NCBI GenBank assembly: GCA_965371725.1
Contig: CBDUZO010000008.1
Coordinates: 3,636 to 67,635, forward strand
Origin: an uncultured Phycisphaerales bacterium
GTDB lineage: Bacteria; Planctomycetota; Phycisphaerae; UBA1845
Reading direction: 5' to 3'
DNA: 64,000 bases
The notes below the pieces were generated by a model that was not told the origin of the DNA, ran no database searches, and saw only the letters and a program-made list of their open reading frames with translations. Position numbers and translations under genes: made by a program. Positions 1 to 10,600 of this stretch are shown here, piece after piece (position 1 is the stretch's first letter; each line of letters begins with the position of its first letter).

Positions 1-1665
1 GTTCGTCTGGAAGGCGATCTCCTCGATGACCTTGATGACCTTGCTGATCTGGCCCGAGGACTCGTTGATGGCCGTCATGGCGTCGTTGAGCTGGTGCATG
101 GTCTGGTCGCCGTTCTGGGCAGCGTCTCTCGCCTGGTTGCTCAACTCGTTGGCCTGCTTGGCGTTCTCGGCGTTGGTGCGGGTCATGGCTGCCATTTCTT
201 CAAGAGCGCTGGATGTCTCTTCCAGTGACGATGCCTGCTCACTTGCACCTTCCGCCAGTTGCTGTGATGCACTCGAGACCTGACCGGCTGCGTCGTTGAC
301 CTGATCCGCGCCCTCGTTCAGACCGGCAATGATGCGGTTGAGCGGTTTGGTGATCCCACGAGTGATGACAAAAGCCAGAACCGTGCCAAGCACTACGCCG
401 GCAATTGCCAGCGTAATCATAATGAAATTGGCGCTGGCGGCAACGGATACCATCTCTTCTTTCTTGGCTGTCCGAAGGTTGTTTGCCTCTTCAGTGAGCT
501 TACGAGCGGCAGCTACCATCTTGCCCTCGCATACCTTCTGCTCGCCCTTATAGTTGACTATATCCGCAAACGCCTTCTTGTATGTAACGCAAGCGTCAAT
601 AGCTTGCTGGACCTGGTCCTTGTTCACCTGCTGCCGGAAACGGGACTTGAGGTCTTCAGCCAAAGCAATGGCTTTGTCAGCCTGGCCATTTGTTTTCTCG
701 ACATATTCCTCATCCCCCCGCAGGAAGTAGTTCTTTTCCTGCTGTCTGGTTTGAAGAAGCAACTCGTTAATTCGTTTGGCATCGTCGGCATTAGCCAGCC
801 TTTCGGCCACATTGACTTTGAGTATTTCTTCAGCTCTTTCAAATTCACCAAGAATAAACTCTAGTAGCGGAGCGGCTTTCTGCTGATAAACCTGCAATGA
901 GGTGTCGGTCGCATCGTTACGGGCGGCGGCAATTTCTATCGCGCTGCTATGCAGTTCCAGGTGTTTTTGTTTTGCTCCAGCTATTAGATCCCTGAATTCC
1001 TGTCCGCAATGAACTGCCTGTTCAGCGAACTCGCTACTATCAAGCCATTTGCCGAACGCACATTTATGCCCATCGGTCTCTACATTGAGGGTGGCATCTT
1101 TGTCCGCCAGAAAGTCCTTGACCGCTCCGGCCCACTGGAGGTGGGCACGGCTGCCTTCTGCCACATTCGCCTGGACATCCATAACCACGGCAAGTTTTTT
1201 CTCCTGGTCGCGGCTCATATCGGCCGCGAGTTTTATAGTATTCTGAGCAGATTCCTCAATGGGTCCTGACTCGGCGGTCAGTTCAACGATCTTGCCCTCC
1301 AGATCAACATACTGTTTGGCCTGATCGATGTATGTACCCGCTTCGGTGTGCATTTCCGCGACCTTTTGTTTGTCGGCGGCGACTTTCATTTTCGCGGTAA
1401 TCTCTTCCACCAGTGTGTCGAATTGTTCCTTCTGACCAAGCATCTGCTCGGCGTATTCTTCATCGCCTTGCATGATGAAGTTCTTTTCCGCCAGTCTGGC
1501 ATCATTGATAATCTTGATGAACCGGTTGGCGTCATCCCCGATAACCACCTTGTGCTCGACGTTGCCCAGGCCGGACCAGCCCACGTAGCCAAGCACGCCG
1601 GCGATGACCACCATGATTCCAAATCCAGACCTGAGCTTGGTTGCGAGTTTCATGTTTCTGAACAT
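1..1665 (-). CDS. Methyl-accepting chemotaxis protein, first 555 codons (C-terminus lies beyond the window start)
   Basis: The reverse frame is open from base 1 to ATG 1665-1663; it is absent from the ORF track because there is no stop in the window. GAGGAG RBS about 9 nt upstream. Translation gives TM1 (GFGIMVVIAGVLGYVGW), two CHASE3-like helices (AEKNFIMQGDEEY, QEKNYFLRGDEEY), a CZB-type motif (DGHKCAFGKWL...KHLELH), TM2, HAMP (ITRGITKPLNRIIAGLNEG), and the start of the MCP signalling domain ending ...SGQISKVIKVIEEIAFQTN at base 1. Confidence 0.9.
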   Translation of the reverse strand, partial: MFRNMKLATKLRSGFGIMVVIAGVLGYVGWSGLGNVEHKVVIGDDANRFIKIINDARLAEKNFIMQGDEEYAEQMLGQKEQFDTLVEEITAKMKVAADKQKVAEMHTEAGTYIDQAKQYVDLEGKIVELTAESGPIEESAQNTIKLAADMSRDQEKKLAVVMDVQANVAEGSRAHLQWAGAVKDFLADKDATLNVETDGHKCAFGKWLDSSEFAEQAVHCGQEFRDLIAGAKQKHLELHSSAIEIAAARNDATDTSLQVYQQKAAPLLEFILGEFERAEEILKVNVAERLANADDAKRINELLLQTRQQEKNYFLRGDEEYVEKTNGQADKAIALAEDLKSRFRQQVNKDQVQQAIDACVTYKKAFADIVNYKGEQKVCEGKMVAAARKLTEEANNLRTAKKEEMVSVAASANFIMITLAIAGVVLGTVLAFVITRGITKPLNRIIAGLNEGADQVNDAAGQVSSASQQLAEGASEQASSLEETSSALEEMAAMTRTNAENAKQANELSNQARDAAQNGDQTMHQLNDAMTAINESSGQISKVIKVIEEIAFQTN

Positions 1666-2299
1666 CTACCTGTTCTCCTCTTGAAGTGTTCTTGACTCAA
1701 ATGCTTGACTTCAGCGCCGTGCGCTCGCCACGCAAGTGTTGGTCCAAGACCATGGCACTGGACACGCAGAGCCTCACGGCATTTCCATCATCGAAAGACA
1801 TGAAATCACTCACCGCGCCACACCACCACGATCCTTTCGCGAGTGGTCCACCCACTTCTCTTGCTTGCCATGCCCCTCACCCGAATGCTGATGCTGATAT
1901 GGGCCTGACCTCTGCCACGAACGTGTACTCTCTCGGTCCCCCTTCAGCCCTCCGTCGCTTGCAACGCTGGGCGGGTGGGCACACTGATTTGTTGGCTGCC
2001 AGGGGAACCCATTGGCTGCTGGTCGCCCCTCGTCCAATGACTCTCTAATCGGATAGTTCCCGAGCCATATAAAGTGTTTCTCCGGTTTTGAATTGGGCCG
2101 TATGACTAGCGGACTTACGTACGAATTGCGAGAGGCGGAGCACGTGCCTCCAACATCGCGAAGCGCCTCACAGGGCTTGTGCGGAACGATTATCGGGTCT
2201 GGCGGGGATCCCCGCGGGCGGTTGTGTGGTGGTCAGGTGCCAGCTGGCGAGCCCGGGAGTCGGAAATGGAGAGAGGCCCGGTGGTGCATGGCCTCTTGA

Positions 2300-2563
2300 A
2301 CCTTTTGCCAGCGACGTTTCGGCGGCGGAGAAAACCTCTACGCGGCGAGGGCCAGAAGAGCGGATGCCTTCGCATCGGCCTCGGACCGATCGTCGGTGTT
2401 GGCGAGCTTGGTCGAGGCCGGGATCGGCATCGACAACCTGTTCTGCTTCCACGCCATGAGAAACCAGCATGGGCTCGACTGGGATTTTCTCGAGGTTCTG
2501 CTGCAAGAAGCCCATTCGAGGGAGATGAAGGTGCATCCCTGCTTCTGCGCCGGCCATCTCTAA
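2300..2563 (+). pseudogene. Start-less fragment resembling a GHL10-type glycoside-hydrolase-like protein
   Basis: The frame is open only between the stops at 2297 and 2561. It reads ...LVEAGIGIDNLFCFHAMRNQHGLDWDFLEVLLQEAHSREMKVHPCF, which resembles the D-x-L...EAH-x-x-G-x-x-VH-x-W segment of GHL10 proteins. Recognised from memory only. Confidence 0.25.
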
Positions 2564-2588
2564 GCGGGCACTCGCACTCACTCCACCG

Positions 2589-3694
2589 ATGGGGTGGAAC
2601 TCCTGGAACGTGTGGGGCACGGCGGTGGACGATGCCAAGGTGCGCGATGCGGCTGACTGGATGGTCAAGAGCGGGCTGGCCGCGTATGGATATCAGTACA
2701 TCAATATCGATGACGCCTGGGAAGGCGAGCGCGACGCAAACGGACGCATCCAGACCAACGAGAAGTTCCCGGACATGAAGGCGCTGGCGGACTACGTGCA
2801 CAGCAAAGGGCTGAAGCTCGGAATATACTCCTCGCCGGGGCCGAAGACCTGTGCGGACTATGAGGGAAGTCATGGGTATGAACGTCTCGACGCCGAGACC
2901 TACGCGGCGTGGGGTATCGACCTGCTCAAGTACGACTGGTGCTCATACCACGACATCGCCAAGGACGACAGCGAGGAAGAACTCCGTAAGCCCTACGAGA
3001 TTATGCGGCAGGCACTGGATGACTGCGGGCGGGACATCGTATTCAGCCTCTGTCAGTACGGCATGGGGGATGTCTCCAAGTGGGGTAAGGCGGTCGGAGG
3101 CAATTACTGGCGCACGACCGGCGATATCTGGGATTCCTGGATACGCCTGTCTACAATCGGCTTCGGACAGGATGGACTGGAAGCCTATGCGGAGCCCGGC
3201 CATTGGAACGACCCGGACATGCTGGTCGTGGGAAAGGTCGGTTGGGGACCCGATCTGCACGACACAAAACTGACGCCGAGCGAGCAGGTCACGCACATCA
3301 CCCTCTGGTCGCTGTTGGCTGCGATCTATCGCAACTCGACGATTTCACGCTGGCCCTGCTGACGAATCCCGAAGTCTTAGAGGTGAACCAGGACCCGCTC
3401 GGCAAGCAGGCGCGGCGTATAATGGCAGCGGATCGGCTGGAGGTATGGGCTCGCCCGCTCGCCGACGGTTCGCTGGCCGTCGGGCTGTTCAACCGCACCC
3501 GAGGCGAGGCCACCGTCACGGTGAACTGGAGCGATCTGGGACTCTCGGGGCCTCAACCGGTGCGGGACCTTTGGCTGCGACAGGACCAGGGCAGCTTTGA
3601 CGACGCATATTCCACGGAGGTATTGCGGCACGGCGCGGTGATGCTGAAGATCGGCGCAGGGCATGGAAATGGTGCACAGATCGGTACTCGCTGA
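2589..3694 (+). pseudogene. GH27 alpha-galactosidase, frameshifted and lacking an N-terminal signal region
   Basis: ORF 2589-3362 reads (LTPP)MGWNSWN...YINIDDAWE...LKYDWC...GHWNDPDMLVVG, all GH27 hallmarks. The expected continuation (CDLSQLDDFTLALLTNPEVLEVNQDPLGKQARR...VWARPLADGSLAVGLFNR) is in another frame (ORF 3203-3694), so a frameshift lies near 3305-3330. An in-frame stop at 2526 leaves no room for a signal peptide. Confidence 0.75.
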
Positions 3695-3718
3695 GGTTGA
3701 GCAGAAGCGGAGGCGTTC

Positions 3719-3922
3719 ATGATAAGCGGTATCGACCTTTTCATAGTGATCTTCTTCATCGTGGGCGTCTTCGTCGTCGGCGTCTACTTCAAGAAGTTCA
3801 TCCACACGTCGGAAGACTACTTCCTGGCGGGAAGAAGGCTCGGCTGGTGGGTGATCGGCATGTCGATCATCGGCACGAACATTGATTCTCTCGTACGAAC
3901 CTCCGTTTGCGCAGGCGTGTAA
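3719..3922 (+). pseudogene. N-terminal fragment of a sodium:solute symporter (SSS family)
   Basis: The 67-aa ORF MISGIDLFIVIFFIVGVFVVGVYFKK...EDYFLAGRRLGWWVIGMSIIGTN matches TM1-TM2 of SSS transporters, then diverges and stops. It is roughly a tenth of the normal length and is directly followed by IS debris. Confidence 0.55.
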
Positions 3923-4053
3923 GAGTCTGGCGGGGTGGAAGGTGAAGGCGTTGGGTGTGGCGCAGGTGTGAGGGGAGGAGGAACGGACGATTGCGGGTCG
4001 CTCCGAAGCGCCAGGTAGGTCGGAGGGACGCCGAAAACGGCGCGGCGGACCCC

Positions 4054-4330
4054 CTACACCGCCTGAGTCTGTGTTTTTCGCGCAGGCCTCGTCCACCGTT
4101 GAATGTCCGGGGCCGTGAACTTCACCGTTTGGTGGACCGCGGGACTGCCGCGGACGCGAAGACGACCGCCGCCGTAAGAACGCTTGTATTCCGAGTTCGT
4201 GGCCTCGATCCCACTGCGAAGACGGTAGCCGTCTTTGAACTTCCTGGTCCGCTCTCGGCGACGACGCGCCGAAGTCGCCCCGGATGACGGCGACCAGGTG
4301 AATGTCACTGTGGTGGCACGAGCACTCCGC
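4054..4330 (-). mobile_element. C-terminal remnant of an IS1182/IS5-type DDE transposase
   Basis: The end of ORF 4054-4800 reads ...RKFKDGYRLRSGIEATNSEYKRSYGGGRLRVRGSPAVHQTVKFTAPDIQRW. This is the conserved C-terminal block (Y-x-x-R-x-x-IE...K...L-R-x-RG) of this transposase group. The upstream part of the ORF is Arg-rich with no motifs. Confidence 0.5.
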
Positions 4331-4631
4331 CGTGCCGGACAGTTCCCAGGCCAGCTACAACACCCGCACCGCTTGGCATTCATCCGAGCATACCGGCAGT
4401 CCCTGCCGTATGTTCCTTGTTCGGCTCTAGGCCCAGCGGGCAATGGCGGAAACCGAGGCGATGAACGCCGATCAGACGTAGCGCCCGTGTAGCACGATGC
4501 CAGATAACCATTCGGAGAAATCGGACCTGCCTCGTAAGTCGTTTGTCTACAGCAGTTTACAGGCGACATTCTCGGGGTGTGAGCCAGGCAGCGACTGCCA
4601 GCGAAGCAGGTGGATGGTTTGGGGTCTGAGA

Positions 4632-7600
4632 TTAGGCCAACGCCACGGCGCGTTCGCGGCGCCGAAGAGCGATTCTCGCACCGACGCCGACCACAAGCAT
4701 AACCAAACCCAGTATCGGCAGTACGCCTATAATGGCGCCTGCAAAGCCGCAAACAATCACGAGCGTGGACCAGGCCCGGGGCGTGAACCACGCATGCCAT
4801 TTCAGCCGCGCGACCCAGCCCACGGTGCCGATCGCGATCACGGCAAGGGCCAGCCCGATGCGGCGCATGGTTTCGATGAACTGATGAGACACGGATCGGG
4901 CGGTGATGGTCACTTCTCCCCGCGGCGTCGTGAAAAAGAACGAGACACCGCGCGCCGGGAACTCAACGGCCAAGCTTGCAAGACCCGCGCCCTCTTCGGG
5001 CCAGGCTCCGACGGGGATGCCCCACCTGGCGATGTCGCCCACAATATCATGGTCAGACGCCTCGACGGTGTCATACTCAGCATCAGCCTGCTCAGCAGGC
5101 CCGCGCGGTTTCTGAAGTTGTTGTTGATACAGCGCTACCGCCTCGTTGGTCTCGCCACGGCGCACTCGCCGTTGCTTTTTGCCTTGCCGAAGGTCGGACC
5201 GCTCGACTGAATCGGATTGGAAGATCGTCTGCGATTGCTGTCGGGCGGCTTGCCTCTGCTGACTCCGGGCATCGGCATCATAGTCTGCCGTGAAGGACGG
5301 TTCGATCTCTTCTTCCTCTAGATCTTCCGACGACTCTGCTTTTTCGAGTTGCCCCAGTTTGTTTGCGGGGAGCCAACCGAGGTCAAAATATTGTTCGTCC
5401 TGGCGTTGTCCATCCGTGCTCGACTCCGTCTGTCTGAAGTTGTCGGGCAGACCTCGAACGCGGTTTCTGGCCCGGCTGATTTCCTGGTTTGCATACACGG
5501 AATTCAGTTTATCTCTATTGTCCTTCACACCGCCGGATTGGCGCTCGTCAATCAGTTCCTTGCTCTGCACTTCAGCTTGTCGGACGATGGCGTCGTTGGA
5601 GACGATTTCCTGTTGCAGGTCACGATTGAACCCGTATCGCGAGGCGAACTGGCGATACTCGGCGGTCTGGGGTTTCAGGATTTCCAGGTTTGCCGCGGCT
5701 CGGACCTGCGCGAACGGGCTGTCACCCAGCATCGTGCGTATCAGGCGTTCCACCAGCCGAGTCTGGTACCGAACGACGCCCGCTGCCAGATCGCCCTCGC
5801 CGAGCACGCGGCGCATGGTGCCCGAGAAGTTCGACCAACGTTGCGTGTCGGGCAAGAATAACCGTACCTGACTGAGCTCGACGGGGATATTGACCGTTGC
5901 TATGAGAGGAAACTCGACGCGGCGAAGTCCGCCCGGTGCCGGCATGTAACCGCCGTACTTGAGGAGTACGACATAGTCCAGGTCGCCTGCGGCCGTCCTG
6001 GTAAGCGGGATTCTGACTCGGCGAGAACCGCTTGCGCCGGTAGTTCGTGCCGGCTTGACCGGTTCACCGGCCACCATCGCACTCCAGAGCTGCGCGTCTT
6101 TCGGAAGTTCGACCTCGAGGAACTGTTCCGTCCGGTTATCCATTCGATAGGATAGTGCCGCCCGGTAGGCACCGGATGAATCAGCCGTCAGGACCGTCTC
6201 CGCCAGTCCGATGCGGGCGCCGGCCGTCTCGACGACATCCCGCTCCTTGGTCTTGAAAGTCAGCAGAGGATCCTGCGCGTTGGCGACATAAGCTTGAGTG
6301 ATCGAACCGCCGAGCAAATCGGTCAATGTCCGCCATTCCTTCTGCTGGTGCGACAGCGTTTCGAAGTGCTCCAGCTTGTCGATCAGTACCTCGTCGCGGC
6401 CGGCGTTTTCCAGCGTGACGAATTGACGCTCGACCCGTCCGGTCTCCACAATGGGCACCGGCGCGCGCTGCAAGAGAGTGGTCAGCGGTCGGTCGTTTTC
6501 GACCAGCACCCGCAGGCGGCCCATGATGTCATCCTGCAGTAGAAGCGAAACGTGAACCGCGGCATCAGGCGCATCAGAGACCGGCGCTACCGACTTCTGG
6601 CGAAGCAGGGGTAGGGAAATCCGCGCGTCCTTCATCCATCCTGGCAAGAAGAACTCGATCCGTCGGATTCCGGCTCGCTCGATGCCGAAGTCCAACAGAA
6701 CCGTCTCCTCCACCGCCGTAGCCGTGACGCGCACGTTGGTCAGCGTGGAGCAGGTGACGATAGGTTCACGGAATGAAATCCGCACCAAGCCGGAATAGGT
6801 CGGTGACGTGTACCTGATCGCCAGTCGGGATAGCGGGCGTTGCTCAGCCGAGAGCCAACCATAGGTTCGATCCAAAGCGATCTCGCGACAGTCCTGTAAC
6901 TCGGCCGTTTGAACTGCGATCGCCGGGTCTGACTGAACGACGATTTCGCCTTGTTGAGAAAGAACATCGAGTACTTCGACCCTAGGTAGCGAGAGCGATT
7001 CGATCGCAGTCTCTTCGCCGAGCGTGCCGTGGATCTGGATGGAGAAACGATCGTGGCGACCCGTGGAGAGGTACACGTTCAATATCTTCCGGTCGTCCTC
7101 GGAGACGATCGACCATTCGAACGCAGTTGGTGCGAGAACATTGTCGACCACCAGGTCATCCGGAATCGCAGCCCGGACTTGATAGACCGGGTGTGCCTGT
7201 GGGCTGACACTCAGGCGGCTTTCGAGTTTTCGTTGCCGATCACCGATTCGCAATACAGTCTGAATATCGACGCTCGGTCGGGACGTGGTTGACGCGGCGG
7301 TCAATTCGATGTGAAACTGTGTGGTCGTGAACTGATAGGCCTGATACGCCTGCACGCCCAGCGGGCTCTCTTGACCGTTGTCGACCACGCGTGCCATATT
7401 CAGGGCATCTTCCGACACGTCGGTCCGGGTTACACCGACCGCCTGGTTTGTTCGTACGCTCAGCAGCGGGCTGCGGCGAATGGTCAATCGCCCGCTGTGC
7501 AGGACCGCGCCGGCAGCCTCAACGGCCGGCACGTCAAACGGTGTCGTGGCTTCCCGCCCGATCAGAGCCGTGCGGTGCAGGACAATGGTGACGTTTCCAC

Positions 7601-10600
7601 TCTCGCGGGCGGGTCTCAGCAGCGAAACCCGGAGTTCCTGGTTTTGCAGCCGGTCGTCAGCCGAATCGAGCAGATTTGAAACCCACCCCCGAACGTTCGG
7701 TCCGTCGATCGTTTGCACCAGATAGTCACCGGGCACGATGGCGGTAAAGCCGTCGCGTTCGGTTCGACCGAAATCAAGGTTGAGCTGCCAGATCAAGCGC
7801 AGGCCGTCTTCGCGAACATCGAACAGGGCATCGGATGTGGCGGTCAGACTAGGGTCCACATATCCCTCGTGGACTTTCGGCCGCCATTCGATTCCGATCG
7901 AACCGCTCTCATCCAGCGCGGTTTCGATTGTCTCCATAGGTGATGTCGTTTCGTGAAATCGATTGTCCCACGCGCCACTCAGTCGAACTTCGGTGCCGGT
8001 GCCGGGAACCTGCAATGTCAAGGTAGTGGCAGGGGCCGTCGGGAGCCGACCCGCAACGATACTCCAACCACCTCTTCGTACGACTTGTAACCGTACGGTC
8101 AGGTCGAGCCGATGCCTGCCTTTTCCCTGGAGGGGTAATGTCAAAGGGGCGATGGTTGCATCGTCACCTTGCGTCCCGTTCTCCACAAAGTCCGAACGGG
8201 CGACACCCATTCGGGCCGGTGCGCCGTCGAGAGCCGCTTGTATCACTACGCCGCCGCCGAGTAGCAGCGGCACGGCAAGCGGCTCTTCGGTATGCACGTC
8301 GATATCGAGATGACCGGTCAGCTTGAGGTGCCGGTCGCCTTCGAGCGTAGCTGAGAAAGCGGCGCCCGCTAGGACGTAGTCCGCTGACGACCTTTTGAAC
8401 GCCAGAGGATCCCGTGGATGCGTCAGATTCCACAGCTCGACGTATTTTCGGTAGGGAACCAGCAACTGATCGGCGGGGGTGGTGCCGGGGAATATACCGG
8501 CATTCAGCATTGGATCATACGGCACGATAATCGCGTCGTCCGGGACTGTCATCGGCCCGGCGGATTCCACCAGGCGCACGAACACCGGATCGTCTGGCTG
8601 CCCTGTGGGGTGAGTTGGCTCCGCTTGGGCGGTTTGGCAAGTAATCAGGGCGAGTGCCACAATCGCCGTGGCAACCGTCGGTTGGACTTGTGGCCCACGA
8701 GAGTTTCTTGCGGACCACCTTATCAAGCGTACAAGGAGGTAGAACGGCACGAGCAAACACGCGACGTACACCAACGGGTTGGCGATGTACATCATTCCAG
8801 GGCTGCCCGAAATCAGCGGAGCTAGCGTGGCGACGGAGAATGTTGTAATGACATAGAGGGCCTTTGAGCGGGCAGAACGATTTGTCAGCGCCAACCCGAA
8901 AACGCCGATTCCCAATGCCAAGCCCCAGGTCAACGAGCGGACGCGGCGATTGTTGATCAGTGTCACGTCTAGTCGAGGATCGTGTCCCAGGCTTTGAAAC
9001 TCAATCAACTGACCGGATCGCTCGAGGTCGATTTTCAAGCTCCGAACGCCCTCGAGTGTCCACCTGCCGGGGCGACCACCGGCGGCCACTTGGTCGCCCT
9101 TCTTCTCGTCGGCGCCCGCGATCCCCGCGACTCTTCCCTCCTGTGTGGCGGGCTGCGTTTCCTCCGCTTTTTTCTTGCTAGACCGTGCTCTGCGACTACG
9201 CCGCATGGCCTGCGTTCGACTCGTAGGGGACTCAGCTTCATAAATCCTGCTCGATGTCGCGATCCCTTTGATTCTCGACAGGGAACCGGTTGAGAGCTCG
9301 CGGGCACGACTTAGTTTCGGCAAGTAGTAGAAGAGATTCACGCCTCCGGCAAGCCTGTAGAGGAACTTGGACATGGTCCACACGGCGAGTTCCGGAGCGG
9401 CGGCCGGTGTGCCGGTCACCGTTCCGCCGTGATTGACGACGTCAAATCCGGTCGGGAGGTAGAGGTGCCAATCGAGGTTGGCCACCGGCACATCAATGCC
9501 CGGCGAATTCCCTCCATCAGCGCGAAGAAGAAGACGGGGCGCATAGACGTTGAGATCGCTCCAGAACGCGGCGTTTTCGACCGGCGTTTCGTAGACGATC
9601 TGCAAATCACGCAGGTCGTTCGCGGTTTTCGCCGGTACGCTCAGTAACAGGTGCCCGCCCTCCCGTTGCGGTTTGGCCGGCATGCCGTCCAGCTCGGCTG
9701 ACCAGAGGATTGAATCTGCGGGCAGTTCGATCTGCAAGAAGGCCGCCTTCGTGCGCAGATGGAATCGGGCCGCCGATTGACTCACGCCATCGTCCGACAC
9801 CAGCGTGACCAGCTCCGCGTGCTGCACGATGGCCGGCGGTAGGGCGTATTCCGGCGGTCGCGAAATGAGAACCGTCACCTCGGGTCCATCGCCGACAAAC
9901 GCAAATACACCGCCTCCTCTTCGCGGACCGAGCACGGCGCGCTCCGGCCGGTACGTGGCACCCGACAACTCACCGACATCTACCTTGCGCGGATGGCTGG
10001 TGATATTCAAGTCAACCTCCGGACCGCCCTCGACGGACACAAATCCCGACTGATACACGACGTCATCAGCCAAAATGATGGGAAGCTCCAGTTCCTTCTC
10101 ATCCGGAGTATCCAGCCCTTGTTCGAAGTCGACCGCTAGCCGCACCGTGTCGCGGTGACCCTCCGCCAGTTCGATGGTCCACCGCCGCATTCCGTCGACC
10201 ATCGATCCCTGGTATTCCTTGATCACCACGCCGTCGAGCGCTTGGATCGAGAGGTCGGGCGGCGTGGACTCCGGGAGCCGAAGCGACAACTTCCGTGTAC
10301 GCGCTTTCTCGATGTCGTACGCGATTTCGTAATGCGCCGTAAGAAGCTCGCTTTCCAATCGAACAAACGAGTACGTCCGGGCCGTCAGTCGCGGCGCGGT
10401 CCGCTCGACACGAAACGTGGCATGATAGGGTTGTGCTTCGTAGCGATAGGCCGGCGACTGATAGGATGCGGTCATTTCGGCCAGACCATAGGCGGCCTTT
10501 TCATCCTCATCGAGTGGCGTAAGACGATCCATGGTTTGCGGGTAGACGGCCATATCTTCGCCTGCGCGCACGGCGATCGCGCCGACATCGCGCAAGGCAC

